DNA of 64,000 nucleotides from an uncultured Gemmatimonadota bacterium (GCA_964626665.1 CAZVGK010000002.1:96001-160000); one strand, 5' to 3'; numbered from the stretch's first letter, positions 37,891 to 48,569 are shown. A program made the numbers and translations. The notes: generated by a model not told the origin, from the letters alone.

Positions 37891-40539
37891 CTACCTGGCA
37901 TCCAAGACTTCCCTTACCTTGTGGGATATTTCCTCCAGAGAGAATGGCTTATGGAGGAAGTCTTTTACCCCAAGATCCAATATCTGCTGGGCAGCACTAT
38001 CCTGGGAGTAGCCACTGGCCAACAATGTCTTTACCTCGGGGTTGATCCGCCTGAGCTCCTGGTAGGTTTCCCTTCCTCCCATCACAGGCATCATCATATC
38101 AACGATTACCAGGTCAATTCCCTTCTTTTGTTTCCGGTATATCTCCACTGCCTCCCGCCCATCAGAGGCTAACATCACCCCATATCCCAAATCCTCCAGT
38201 ATATCCTTCATCAAATTGCGCAGAATCTCCTCGTCATCAATCACCAGGATAGACTCCGAGCCAGAAATTGGCTCTACCCTCCCTTTTCTGGGCTGGGACA
38301 AAGCCCTCTGAGCAAGAGGAAGATAAACCTCAAAGGTTGTCCCCTTCCCCAACCTGCTGTGACAAGAGATGTAGCCACCGTGGTTCTTCACGACGCCATA
38401 GACCATAGCCAGGCCCAGTCCTGTGCCCCTGCCCTGCTCCTTGGTGGTGAAGAAGGGATCAAAGATCTTGGCCATCGTCTCCTCATCTATCCCCATACCT
38501 GTGTCTGAGATACTTAACCTCACATAGTCCCCTGGGGTGGCCCCCAAATGCTTGGAGACAAACTTCTTATCCAGATGGGCCACCTCGGAGCAGATAGATA
38601 GCTCTCCCCCGCCGGGCATAGCATCCCGGGCATTGACACAAAGGTTCATCAGCACCTGCTCCAGTTGATTGAGATCTCCCTTGGCGCAGGGATTCTCCCC
38701 ACATAGCTCTGTCTTGATTTTTATCTTCTTGTCTATAGAGGCGGAAAGCAGTTCCACCACCCCGCGGATCAGTTGATTGACATCCACAGGCTTCACCTCA
38801 TACTTGCCCCGGCGGGCAAAGCCAAGCAGTCTGTTGGTCAACTCAGCAGCCCTATTGCCTGCTCTCTCAATAAGCTCCACATATTTGCGGTTGGTATCCT
38901 CGTTAGGCAATTTGCTCAGAAGCAAGGAGGAATAGCCCAGGATACCTCCCAGCAGGTTATTGAAATCGTGAGCGATGCCACTGGCCAGGGTGCCTATGGC
39001 CTCCATCTTCTGAGACTGGCGGAGCTGATGCTCCAGCTTTGCCCTTTCCTCCTCGGCCCGCTTGCGCTCGGTGATGTCCCGATAGATGGCGTAGCCGGCC
39101 TTTCCCCTTTTTCCTACATTTATTGGCGTGCCTAAGATGGAGACTTCAACTGAGGTTCCATCCTTTCGCCGTCGCACCCCCTCCAGGAAGATCTTTTCTC
39201 CCCCTAAGACTTTCTTGGTGAGGGAGAGGGCCTCTTGGCTGAGGCCCTCCGGGGCGAGTAGTTTATCAATCAGCTTACCAAGTGTCTCATCTGCTTCATA
39301 GCCGAACATCTTGCTAAATTCGCTGTTTACCCTAACCACCCGGCCATCTCCATCGACCACGACAATCGCCTCTGGGGAAGATTCAAACAACCGCTCGAAG
39401 TATGCCTTTTCTACCTGCAGTTCCTCTTCCGCCCTCTTGCGTTTGGTGATGTCGGCGAATATGGTGCCAAACTCCCCTTTATTGAGAGAAAAAACGGAGA
39501 TACTGAAATGCTTCTTCATCGGCGGAAAATAAGTCTCGAATTGGGTAGGCTGACCTGTTTCCGCAACTTGTGAGTAGACTTCCAAATAAGGAGCTTTCCT
39601 GGTGCCATAAAGCGCTGTAGCCCTTTGGTCAAGGGCCTCTTCTCGTTTGATCCCCATAATTGATTCAAATTGTGGGTTCACATCCTTGATGACATAGTCG
39701 ATGGGTTTCTTCCCTGCATCATAGAGGAGCTTATGCACCGCTACCCCTTCATTCATATTGACAAACAATCCCCGGTACTTCTCCTCACTTCTCCTCACCG
39801 TGGCGAGCTTGTCTTTCAGTTCCTTTTTTAAGTAGAGCGAGGGGATTTCATACCTTTTGGCCCCCTTGGTAATCCCATGACCTTGCCTTAAATATTCCTT
39901 GATGTAGCCCTCTATCTTTGTCGGTGGGGCCATAATAAACCGGCATTGCTCATCGCCCTTTGCCCTGCAGGAGATCTCGGAGGCGATGAGTTCAATGCCA
40001 AAGGACTCCTCACACCATCCGGAAGAATATCCGGCATTCATTATGCAGACGGGGAAATCCACCTTCCTCCCGGACTTTATCCAGGATGCCGCCTCAAAGG
40101 AGTAGGGATGGTCATAGATAAGATAATAGTTCTCGTCGGCAACAGGGTTGGATGCGGGGAGAATGTTCACAAATGCCCAGCCCATATAGGCAAAATGGAT
40201 GGGACCTGCTGAGAGTTTCTCCACAGGGTCCTTAAGCCCCATCCTCTTATGAAAGTCCCTGGCATCTGCCTTGCCTATGGAATGGGCTATGTCAAAGAGC
40301 AGATCCCTGGCTATCCTCAGAGCCTCTTGCTCCCCGTCCTCCAGGTATAAGTTCTTTACCGCCTCGAAGAACTCCACCGATAGAGCGGCTGCCCGCACCA
40401 TTACATACCTCTGTCCGCCGATATCAATTGAGCCTTTTTCCGGCAACTCCCTTTTCTCCCCAAAATACCTGGTTACATACTCCTGGGCTTGCCTAAAGAT
40501 CGGCTCAAACTTTTTGGGGACTTGCACCGTGTTCAACAT
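37891..40539 (-). CDS. Hybrid sensor kinase: V4R/XylR-N-like - PAS - PAS - HisKA - HATPase - REC
   Basis: [55 protein letters not shown]. Confidence 0.88.
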   Translation of the reverse strand: MLNTVQVPKKFEPIFRQAQEYVTRYFGEKRELPEKGSIDIGGQRYVMVRAAALSVEFFEAVKNLYLEDGEQEALRIARDLLFDIAHSIGKADARDFHKRMGLKDPVEKLSAGPIHFAYMGWAFVNILPASNPVADENYYLIYDHPYSFEAASWIKSGRKVDFPVCIMNAGYSSGWCEESFGIELIASEISCRAKGDEQCRFIMAPPTKIEGYIKEYLRQGHGITKGAKRYEIPSLYLKKELKDKLATVRRSEEKYRGLFVNMNEGVAVHKLLYDAGKKPIDYVIKDVNPQFESIMGIKREEALDQRATALYGTRKAPYLEVYSQVAETGQPTQFETYFPPMKKHFSISVFSLNKGEFGTIFADITKRKRAEEELQVEKAYFERLFESSPEAIVVVDGDGRVVRVNSEFSKMFGYEADETLGKLIDKLLAPEGLSQEALSLTKKVLGGEKIFLEGVRRRKDGTSVEVSILGTPINVGKRGKAGYAIYRDITERKRAEEERAKLEHQLRQSQKMEAIGTLASGIAHDFNNLLGGILGYSSLLLSKLPNEDTNRKYVELIERAGNRAAELTNRLLGFARRGKYEVKPVDVNQLIRGVVELLSASIDKKIKIKTELCGENPCAKGDLNQLEQVLMNLCVNARDAMPGGGELSICSEVAHLDKKFVSKHLGATPGDYVRLSISDTGMGIDEETMAKIFDPFFTTKEQGRGTGLGLAMVYGVVKNHGGYISCHSRLGKGTTFEVYLPLAQRALSQPRKGRVEPISGSESILVIDDEEILRNLMKDILEDLGYGVMLASDGREAVEIYRKQKKGIDLVIVDMMMPVMGGRETYQELRRINPEVKTLLASGYSQDSAAQQILDLGVKDFLHKPFSLEEISHKVREVLDAR

Positions 40540-40643
40540 TTTATGGTCTCCTGCTCTCAGCTAAAATTGGCTTGGTTTGGGGCTCATCTAACGCGGCAAA
40601 ACCCCTTCCCTGGATTTTTACCTTTTGGCCGCATCTTCTTTTT

Positions 40644-40670
40644 ATATCGGCTGATTTGCCAAGAACTTTA
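40644..40670 (-). promoter_or_regulatory. Sigma28 (FliA)-type promoter of the hybrid kinase
   Basis: TAAAG-TTCTTGGCAAATCA-GCCGATAT (TAAA-N15-GCCGATA). Confidence 0.7.
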
Positions 40671-40861
40671 GCGTTTTCTCCCCTGTGGTATATTGTCCTA
40701 TGTAGCGAAATACCCCATTCTAAGGAAACCTTGTGTGGTTGTTGAAGATAACGAAGCCCTGTCCGTTTTCTGTGGCCTTTTGCCCCATTTCTTAACCTGG
40801 TAAAAATTACCCTGTGGTAGTAAGTTATTGCCTACCTGTGGATTACCTAACTGATGGATGT

Positions 40862-40877
40862 TGGTATGGTATTTGCT
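40862..40877 (+). promoter_or_regulatory. Sigma54 promoter upstream of the PilZ-HK-RR genes
   Basis: TGGTATGGTATTTGCT; upstream palindrome GGTAAaaaTTACC at ~40799. Confidence 0.65.
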
Positions 40878-41022
40878 TATAGGGGGAAATGGGGTTTGAC
40901 AAAGGGTTTCTTTCCGCAGGGCAGAGGCCCGGGAAGCACAGCGGATGACAGCGAAATAGGGGGAAGCAAAATTTGGCTTCCCTTCAACGGTTTTCGCCCT
41001 TTAATAGATAATTTGGGGGAGA

Positions 41023-41643
41023 ATGTTATTTAAACTTGAGCAACTTCTCCTAATGCAGGTCGGCGGCAAGGATTACCCTGTCTGGATAAAGGAGATGAAG
41101 GGGAAGGGGTTAAGGGTTAGCCCTCCGGTGGAGAGGGGGGATTGGGTGAGGGTAAGGGTAGGGGAAAAGGTGAACCTATGCCTGCTGGCTGATGAGGCCA
41201 CCTTCTTCTTTCGCGCTGAGGTCTTAGATCTTCGCTACCTGGATGAAGAGTCAACCATCCTTATCTCCTTTCCCCAGGAGTTGGCCAAGAAGGCAATTAC
41301 GCGTGGTGGTTTCAGGCTCAAGGGGGAGGTGAAGGTGCGCTGTTTCCCGCAAAGGGGAGAGGTGTTGGGGACGAGTGAGGATATAAGCAACAAAGGAGCC
41401 TTGCTTGCCGGGTTCCGACGGGGGGAGATCGGAAAGGGGGAGAGGTTTAAATTGGAGATACTCCTTCCTGATAAAGAGCCCATCCCTGCCTTGGGTCAGG
41501 TGAAAAGGTTAATAGACCAAGGGGAGAATAGGGTAGCTGCGGCTATAGAGTTTTTGGTCATCACCAAAAAGGACAGGGAGAGGCTCACCCACTACCTCTT
41601 TGAGCTCGACCGCTTACAGAGGAGGGCTAAAAGTTGCCGGTAG
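41023..41643 (+). CDS. YcgR-like PilZ domain protein
   Basis: N-terminal YcgR-like barrel; RGGFR (RxxxR) and DISNKG (DxSxxG). Confidence 0.8.
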   Translation: MLFKLEQLLLMQVGGKDYPVWIKEMKGKGLRVSPPVERGDWVRVRVGEKVNLCLLADEATFFFRAEVLDLRYLDEESTILISFPQELAKKAITRGGFRLKGEVKVRCFPQRGEVLGTSEDISNKGALLAGFRRGEIGKGERFKLEILLPDKEPIPALGQVKRLIDQGENRVAAAIEFLVITKKDRERLTHYLFELDRLQRRAKSCR

Positions 41644-42698
41644 CAGTGAGGGGATTGGAGAGAAAGTTAGGGGGAGGGAATGGGATTTTCTCCTGGACTG
41701 GAGAGAGGGAGTATTTTATCCGGGCCATCATCAAGGGGATGGAGAGTGGTCTGCTCATCCTGAACAGGGAAGGGAGGATAGTGGAGTGCAATAGGGCGGC
41801 CCAGATGATTAGCGGCTATCGTAAAAGGGAGATTTTGGGAAAATTCTACCAGGATGTCTGGGGTGCTGATCTTCCGGTAGCACCTCAGGAGAGGGAGATA
41901 CCGGTTGGGAATAAGGGAACTCTTATTAAATCGAAGATCTTTCCAGTTACCGGGGCGCAGAGGGAGCTTTTGGGTTGGGTGGAGATATTTCAGGATCACT
42001 CTCAATTGAAGGAGAGGATGGCTCTGGCCGAGGTGGGCGAGGCTACTGCCCAGGTGGCTCACGAGATAAGAAACCCCTTGGGAGGGATAAGGGGATTTGC
42101 CAGCCTCCTGCAAAGGGAGGCAAAGGAGGAATCCCAGGAGAGGTTGATATCTCGCATAGCTGATGGGGTGGCTAACATAGATAAGTTGGTGAATGACCTC
42201 CTTGACTTTACCCGCCCGCAACCCCGTTCCCAGGGACTTGTCAATCTAAATTTAGTGGTTCAGGAGGCGCTGGTATACTTAACCCAGGAGGTGGGGCTTG
42301 CGGGGATAGATGTGCAGAGGCGGTTAATGAAGGGGGGGGTGAGGGTGAAAGGTGATGGTTTCAAGCTGAGGCAAGCCCTTTTGAACCTGTTCTTAAATGG
42401 AGTGCAGGCTATGCCCCAGGGGGGGAAGTTGACTATAAAGACCTTCCAAAGGGGGGGAAAGGTTTGCCTCTCTGTCTCCGATACAGGCTGTGGCATTCCC
42501 TCCCAGTTTAAAGCCCAGATCTTTAAGCCTTTCTTTAGCAGAAGAGAGGGGGGCACCGGCTTAGGCTTGGCTTTGGTGAGAAAGATAGTTGTTGCCCATA
42601 AGGGTGAGATCTCAGTTTGGAGCCGGGTGGGGAGGGGGACCACCATCTCCCTCTCCTTCCCCTTGGCCAGGGCATCAGCAGGCAAAGAGGGACCATAA
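41634..42698 (+). CDS. Cytoplasmic PAS histidine kinase (FleS/FlgS-like)
   Basis: PAS, AHEIRNPLGG, LNLFLNG, GTGLGL; start uncertain. Confidence 0.85.
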   Translation: MPVAVRGLERKLGGGNGIFSWTGEREYFIRAIIKGMESGLLILNREGRIVECNRAAQMISGYRKREILGKFYQDVWGADLPVAPQEREIPVGNKGTLIKSKIFPVTGAQRELLGWVEIFQDHSQLKERMALAEVGEATAQVAHEIRNPLGGIRGFASLLQREAKEESQERLISRIADGVANIDKLVNDLLDFTRPQPRSQGLVNLNLVVQEALVYLTQEVGLAGIDVQRRLMKGGVRVKGDGFKLRQALLNLFLNGVQAMPQGGKLTIKTFQRGGKVCLSVSDTGCGIPSQFKAQIFKPFFSRREGGTGLGLALVRKIVVAHKGEISVWSRVGRGTTISLSFPLARASAGKEGP

Positions 42699-42798
42699 TC
42701 GCTCGATACTGAGGGGGTTTCCACCTTTTGACCTCTTTCTCGTAAGTTAAGGGAGAGCAAACCGTCTTTAGAACTTACAAACCAAGGGGAGGAAAACT

Positions 42799-44166
42799 TT
42801 GGATCCTATTAATTTGCTTGTTGTTGAGGATGATGTGCTGATGAAGGATTTTATCTATCAGACCTTGTCACAAGGTCCCTATGTTGTGGAAACCGCATCC
42901 AAGGGAGTAGAGGCCCAGAAGATGATCCAGAGAAAGTCTTATCATCTGGCGCTTCTCGATGTGAAATTGCCCGATCTCAGTGGGCTGGATCTCCTCTCCC
43001 AGTTAAAGAAACTCTCCCTCTCTACGGAGGTGGTGATGATGACCGCCTATGCCACCATCGAGGGAGCAGTCCAAGCAATGAAGATGGGGGCATCAAATTA
43101 CCTTCGTAAACCGTTTTCAACTCAGGAGTTAGAGGCAACCGTAGAAAAGACATTGGATTATCGGAAACTTAAACAGGAGAATAGAAGGCTCAAGGGACAG
43201 TTGGACCTCCAATCTGGATATGGGATGATGGTGGGAAAGGACAAAAAGATACAGGATGTCTACAAATTGATTGAGCTGGTAGCCCAAAGCCATTCTACGG
43301 TTCTCATCCAGGGGGAGAGTGGCACGGGAAAGGAGCTAGTGGCCAGGGCCATCCACCAGGTGAGCCCTCGCCGGGAGAGGTCATTTATCAGCATAAACTG
43401 CGCCGCTGTGCCCGATAACCTCTTAGAATCTGAGCTCTTCGGCCATGAGAAGGGGGCTTTCACCGGGGCCATTTCCCGACGGAAGGGTAAATTCGAACTG
43501 GCCGATGAGGGGACCATCCTTTTAGACGAAATTGGGGAGATGAGCCTCGGCTTACAGGCGAAGTTACTGCGGGTTTTGCAGGAGTTCGAGTTCTATCGGG
43601 TGGGAGGTTCCGAACCCCTCAGGGTCAATGTGCGGGTAATAGCCACCACTAACCAGAATCTCCAGCAGGCAATAAAGGAGGGGAAATTTAGGGAGGATCT
43701 TTTCTTTAGGCTGAATGTGGTCAAGATCTCCCTTCCTCCTTTGCGGGAGAGGCGCAATGATATTCCCCTTCTTGCTAAACATTTCCTAAGTAAATACAGG
43801 GACTTATATCACAAGGAAATGTCCTCTATCTCTAAGGAAGCGATGGAGATACTCCTTAAATATGACTGGCCGGGCAATGTCAGAGAGTTGGAGAACCAGA
43901 TGGAGAGAGCCGTTGTCCTCAACTCCACTCCAGAGGTGATGCCCGATCATCTTAGCCTCCAGTACAACCTCCGATTGGAAAAGGCCAACTCATTTTCCGG
44001 ATTGGTAGGCCTTTCCCTGAGAGAGGTGGAGAAAAACCTTCTCCTGAAGACCTTGGAAGAAGGGGGCGGGAATCGAACCAGGACTGCCAAAGTATTGGGC
44101 ATAACGGTTCGCACCCTGAGGAATAAGCTCAAGGAGTACAGAGAGGAGGGGTGGACGGGAAAATAA
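42799..44166 (+). CDS. Sigma54-dependent response regulator (FleR/FlgR-like)
   Basis: REC, GESGTGKE, GHEKGAFTGA, C-terminal LGITVRTLRNKLKEY. Confidence 0.9.
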   Translation: MDPINLLVVEDDVLMKDFIYQTLSQGPYVVETASKGVEAQKMIQRKSYHLALLDVKLPDLSGLDLLSQLKKLSLSTEVVMMTAYATIEGAVQAMKMGASNYLRKPFSTQELEATVEKTLDYRKLKQENRRLKGQLDLQSGYGMMVGKDKKIQDVYKLIELVAQSHSTVLIQGESGTGKELVARAIHQVSPRRERSFISINCAAVPDNLLESELFGHEKGAFTGAISRRKGKFELADEGTILLDEIGEMSLGLQAKLLRVLQEFEFYRVGGSEPLRVNVRVIATTNQNLQQAIKEGKFREDLFFRLNVVKISLPPLRERRNDIPLLAKHFLSKYRDLYHKEMSSISKEAMEILLKYDWPGNVRELENQMERAVVLNSTPEVMPDHLSLQYNLRLEKANSFSGLVGLSLREVEKNLLLKTLEEGGGNRTRTAKVLGITVRTLRNKLKEYREEGWTGK

Positions 44167-44269
44167 GGCTATGTTGAGGAAAAATCTGCCGCAACCTTAG
44201 CCCCCGGAAGATCTGCGTTTTCCTAAACCCGTTCAGATGTTTAAGCCATTTTGGCTTATCGGACCTTTT

Positions 44270-44285
44270 AGGTATGGTATTTGCA
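44270..44285 (+). promoter_or_regulatory. Sigma54 promoter upstream of flgB
   Basis: AGGTATGGTATTTGCA; core identical to the 40862 promoter. Confidence 0.65.
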
Positions 44286-44575
44286 GGCAAAAAGAGTAAG
44301 ATTCTAACCTTCCCGACACGGAACAAGCGGGGTAAAAAGAGGATCTGGTAGAACCTCGCTGAAATGAGAGCCTGTCAAGGATCGCATTTTGCGGCCTGAG
44401 CTATGCGGGCTCCGATAAGATCGGGCCTCACAGGATTCAATGGCCCCGTCTCTTTGTGGATGCTAACATCCAGCTCTTAGGGATCAGGCAAAATCTCTGA
44501 CAACTGGTAACCGACAACTGTTTATAGGCTGAGAGCTGACCTTTGGTCCCCTTAAACTGCCTAAAGGAGGGAAAT

Positions 44576-44986
44576 TTGGGTGAATTCATCTTCAACGACC
44601 TCTCCATCCCCTGTTTGAAGCAGGGAATGGATGTCTATGCTTTAAGGCAAAGGGTAATAGCCAACAATATAGCCAACCTGACTACCCCCGGTTTCCATGC
44701 AGAGAAGGTTAAGTTTGAGGAGATGCTCTCCTCCCAGCTCAAGATGAGACTGGGGGTTAAGGGGAGAAGGACCGATCCCCATCACTTACCTATCGGCAAA
44801 CGGGATATAAAGGGGGTTACGCCTCAGGTAGTGAAGGAGAGGACTGACTACTTCAATGGGGCCAACGATGTAAATGTCGACAGGGAGATGGCCAATTTGG
44901 CCCAAACAACAATAGCCTTCGATGCAGCAGCCAAACTCCTCTATGTAAAATACCAGATCCTGCAGAAAAGCATCAGGGGTAGGTAG
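44576..44986 (+). CDS. flgB: Flagellar basal-body rod protein FlgB
   Basis: RQRVIANNIANLTTPGF, NDVNVDREM; TTG start at 44576 after AAGGAGG. Confidence 0.88.
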   Translation: MGEFIFNDLSIPCLKQGMDVYALRQRVIANNIANLTTPGFHAEKVKFEEMLSSQLKMRLGVKGRRTDPHHLPIGKRDIKGVTPQVVKERTDYFNGANDVNVDREMANLAQTTIAFDAAAKLLYVKYQILQKSIRGR

Positions 44987-45031
44987 GAGAAGCTCTTGGT
45001 TAGAAAGAGCCTCGAATCTCTGGTGTAATCG

Positions 45032-46687
45032 ATGAGCAAAAAGGAGAAATTGAAGAGTTTAGTTGACCAGTTCTTAGAAGAGGCCTGGAAGGCAAACCCG
45101 GTTAAGGCTACCTCCCTGGGAATCCACAAATATGACAGTGAGTTAGGTAGTTTCAATAAGGAGGCTGTTTACGATAGGCTTAGCTCATTGAAAGGGTATG
45201 GCAGAAGGCTAAAAACCCAGATCGAGCAAGCCGATCTCGCTGCCGATGAGATCCTCGACTATCGACTTCTGAAAAATGGAATTGATGAAGAGATACTAAA
45301 TCTGGAGGTCATCAGGGATTGGGAGAGAAATCCAGGTTTCTATCTGGATTTAGCCCTTGATGGGTTGTTTTATCTCCTGGTGAGAGAATCTGTCTCCCTT
45401 CAAGAAAGGGCAGAGAACATAATATCCCGATTAGAAAAGATCCCTGAGCTCTTATCCAATGGTCAGAAAAATTTGGTCAACCCGCCGAGGGTTTTCACCC
45501 AAACGGCCATTGATGTTACCAAGGCAGGCCTAAAGTTTATCTCCACAGCTATACCTTCTTTGACTAAAAGAACGAAGGGACTGGGGGCTCCCCTTCTGAC
45601 TTCTCGGGAAAAGGCCCTGGTTGCATTTGAGAAGTATCTTAATTTCCTGGAGAATGAGCTCTATCCCAAGGCCAGCGGCAGATTTGCCATTGGCAGGGAG
45701 GCTTTTATCTATCGCCTTAAATATGGACAAATGCTCGATTATACCCCAGAGGAGCTTTCGGATCTGGCTCAATTCTACCTTGCAGAAACAGAAGAGAAGT
45801 TAAATGAATTAGCTAAGAAAATAGATCCCTATAAAAGCTGGCAGGAGATCTTCTTGGAGATGAAGGGAGAACACCCGGAAAGGGAGGAGGTGATCCCCTT
45901 TTATCGAGTCACGGTTAATAGAGCTCGTAGGTTCGTTATAGATGAAAATTTGGTCTCCATACCCCAGAATGAGTGTTTAAAAATAGTTCCTACGCCGATA
46001 TACCTTAGACCTACCCACCCCTACGCCGCTTACGAACCACCGGCTCCCTACGAAGCAGACCAGACAGGTTTTCTCTATGTCTCCCCGGTTGATGAAAACC
46101 TCCCTCCAGAGGAGCAAGAGGCTAAGCTTAGCTGGCCCGGAGTTTACGGAGTCGACTCTGTTGTAGCCCATGAAACTTATCCTGGGCATCATCTGCAACT
46201 TACCTTAGCCAACTCGATAAGCTCAAAGGTACGGAAGCATTTTACCACCTCACAATTTAAGGAGGGTTGGGCTCTCTATTGCGAGGAGATGATGGGAGAG
46301 CAAGGATTCTATTCCCGAAAAGCTCATATCTTTCAGTTATGGGCTCAATCTGTTAGGACGCTAAGGGTGCTTCTGGATGTGGGATTACATTGCTTTGAAA
46401 TGGGGCTTTCCCAAGCAGAGGAAACCCTCAGGACTAAAGGAGTGATGGAAAGATCTGCCGCTGTCGCAGAGGTAAAACGGTATGCACTTAAGCCCACTCA
46501 ACCATTGAGCTATTTAATTGGCAAATTGGAGATCTTGAAATTACGCAAGGAATATAGTAGGAAAGTTGGTAGAGGATTCAATCCAAAGGATTTCCATAGT
46601 AGATTGCTCAGTTTCGGTTCAATCCCTTTGAGATTGATTCGGGAGGGGTTAATTGGCAAGACGGAAAGAAATATTGAAAACATCTAG
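45032..46687 (+). CDS. DUF885 family protein (putative metallopeptidase-like)
   Basis: P..ATSLG.H.YD, HETYPGHHLQ, EGWALYCE, P.Q.LSY..GK. Confidence 0.9.
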   Translation: MSKKEKLKSLVDQFLEEAWKANPVKATSLGIHKYDSELGSFNKEAVYDRLSSLKGYGRRLKTQIEQADLAADEILDYRLLKNGIDEEILNLEVIRDWERNPGFYLDLALDGLFYLLVRESVSLQERAENIISRLEKIPELLSNGQKNLVNPPRVFTQTAIDVTKAGLKFISTAIPSLTKRTKGLGAPLLTSREKALVAFEKYLNFLENELYPKASGRFAIGREAFIYRLKYGQMLDYTPEELSDLAQFYLAETEEKLNELAKKIDPYKSWQEIFLEMKGEHPEREEVIPFYRVTVNRARRFVIDENLVSIPQNECLKIVPTPIYLRPTHPYAAYEPPAPYEADQTGFLYVSPVDENLPPEEQEAKLSWPGVYGVDSVVAHETYPGHHLQLTLANSISSKVRKHFTTSQFKEGWALYCEEMMGEQGFYSRKAHIFQLWAQSVRTLRVLLDVGLHCFEMGLSQAEETLRTKGVMERSAAVAEVKRYALKPTQPLSYLIGKLEILKLRKEYSRKVGRGFNPKDFHSRLLSFGSIPLRLIREGLIGKTERNIENI

Positions 46688-48210
46688 ATATTCTTGACTT
46701 CCTTTCTCTCCTTTTCCAGTTCCTTTATCCTCCTCTCTGCTGGTCCCTTTCGGTCTAAGCCGAACCTCAATCTGAGTTCTTTCATCTTCATAACTGCCTC
46801 ATAGCTCACATCTACGATCTCCTCTCGGCTCATCGACTCTGTCTCATAGTTAAGCATCAGCTTCCATTCGGGACTTGTGATTGCCTCTATATGATCCTCT
46901 AAACTCCTGAAGAGAAGCCTGTAACCATACCTCTCTGGATTCTCAAAGGCTGGGCTGCCCGGGTCAATAAATGGTTCCAGTGGGGCAATTACTGGCTCTA
47001 TCCTCTGGGGATACCTCTTTTTATATCTTTCCAGAAGGGTTTCTGCATAATCGATGGTCTGGTGGACCGATTTGCGGGTTTGGTGGGGCAGCCCGATCAT
47101 AAAAAACAGTTGAACCTTTGCCGCCCCCGCCTTCAATGCATTTTTGATGGTCTCCTCTAAGCTCTCATTGCTGTAATTTTTCCCAAAGAACTTTCTTATT
47201 CTCTCATCGTGGGTTTCTGGGGAGAGTGAGATGACAAATCTGGGGGTGGCTGAACCTATCTTCTTGAGGAATTCCAACTTTGCTCCCCAGAAAAGCTCAT
47301 ACTTCACCCTGTTTTTAACCCTCTTTTTCCTGATTGCTTCAAGTAACTCCTCTGAGTTGCCCATCCTGATGTCTCCATAAAGGACGATATCAAATGGTGA
47401 AAAGTGGCTAATGATATCCATCTCTTTGGCTATGATCTGAGGGCTTCTCTGGCCTATCTTCTTTCTTCCCAGGGCCCAATTTGATCCTCCACAAGTTACA
47501 CACCTTAAGAGACAGCCTCGACAGGTGATAAGAGCGCTGGCAAATTTCATTGGCCACCTGGTTCCGGTAAGGAGGTTGCCCCTCAGGTCCCTATATTTAA
47601 ATATTGATTTTAAAAGGCTTTTGTAGTTAATCATAATATGCAATTCTTCTGGCAGATAAGAGAAGGGATTGGTGTGGGTTTTGTCATTTTCCTTCCAGGT
47701 CAGATTGGGAACCCGGTGGGGAGATTTGCCGCTTTCGATACATCGCAAAAGTTCAAGTAATGGCCCTTCAGTGGAATCACCTCTGAGCACATAATCAACA
47801 AACGGATATTTGATCAAATCACGGTGATAATAGGATGCCGATAGCCCTCCGAGGATCATCGGGGTCTGGGGATGAACTCTCTTCACTATTTTGGCCACCT
47901 CCAAGCTCCCCTGGGCATGGACCAACCAGTGTAAGTCAAGGCCAAAGGCCATAGGATCAAGCCCCCTGATGAATTTCTCCACAGCGAATTTAGGATGACC
48001 CTTCATCTTAACGGCTAAGTTGACAATCCGTACGGAGAAGCCGTTTCTCTCCAAGAAATCCATTATACTCAGGAATCCGATAGGGAAATACTCAAAGATA
48101 GGGGAACTGGCAATGGTTCCACCAATTAACCCCCAATTTGTCCTCTTCTGGCGGAAGTCATAGAGACTGGGAGGATGAAGCAAGATCAGGTGAGGCGATT
48201 TTCCTTTCAT
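46684..48210 (-). CDS. B12-binding domain/radical SAM protein (TIGR04190-like)
   Basis: LLHPPSLYDFR, DLHWLVH..G, GGLSASYY, CLLRCVTC; likely ATG 48210. Confidence 0.85.
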   Translation of the reverse strand: MKGKSPHLILLHPPSLYDFRQKRTNWGLIGGTIASSPIFEYFPIGFLSIMDFLERNGFSVRIVNLAVKMKGHPKFAVEKFIRGLDPMAFGLDLHWLVHAQGSLEVAKIVKRVHPQTPMILGGLSASYYHRDLIKYPFVDYVLRGDSTEGPLLELLRCIESGKSPHRVPNLTWKENDKTHTNPFSYLPEELHIMINYKSLLKSIFKYRDLRGNLLTGTRWPMKFASALITCRGCLLRCVTCGGSNWALGRKKIGQRSPQIIAKEMDIISHFSPFDIVLYGDIRMGNSEELLEAIRKKRVKNRVKYELFWGAKLEFLKKIGSATPRFVISLSPETHDERIRKFFGKNYSNESLEETIKNALKAGAAKVQLFFMIGLPHQTRKSVHQTIDYAETLLERYKKRYPQRIEPVIAPLEPFIDPGSPAFENPERYGYRLLFRSLEDHIEAITSPEWKLMLNYETESMSREEIVDVSYEAVMKMKELRLRFGLDRKGPAERRIKELEKERKEVKNI

Positions 48211-48377
48211 TGTAGCTATCCTTTCATATTCAGGGCCAAACCGAATTTCAGGGGGTATGGAGCTCCTGACGAAAGATAACCTACATTGCCATTTTGTCAA
48301 GCTCTTTGGGCTCCTTGGATCTTCAGGTAGTTAACCTTTGACATTTTGGAATTTCTCAGAGAATTCGAAGCATCCTG

Positions 48378-48523
48378 ATGAGACCCACCAGGTTATTGAG
48401 GCAAGCGAGAACGACAGGAATTCTGTAAAAGTGACCACCCATCCTACGGCACACCATTACATCTCCCCCCTGGACCATTAGGAAATTATCGGGCCACACT
48501 CTACCGGCCCTCGCTTGCCTCTT
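48378..48523 (-). ncRNA. Candidate structured RNA, copy 1 (family unassigned)
   Basis: 12-bp closing stem GAGGCAAGCGAG/CTCGCTTGCCTC; conserved blocks shared with 54428-54578. Confidence 0.55.
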
Positions 48524-48569
48524 CTCCATCAACTTAGTCCTTGACAAATCAGACGAGCTTCCCTATCTT

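Noticed and set aside
48375-48420. Hammerhead ribozyme core (CTGATGAG)
   Set aside because: No GAAA after a stem II, and copy 2 has TCAATGAG at that position
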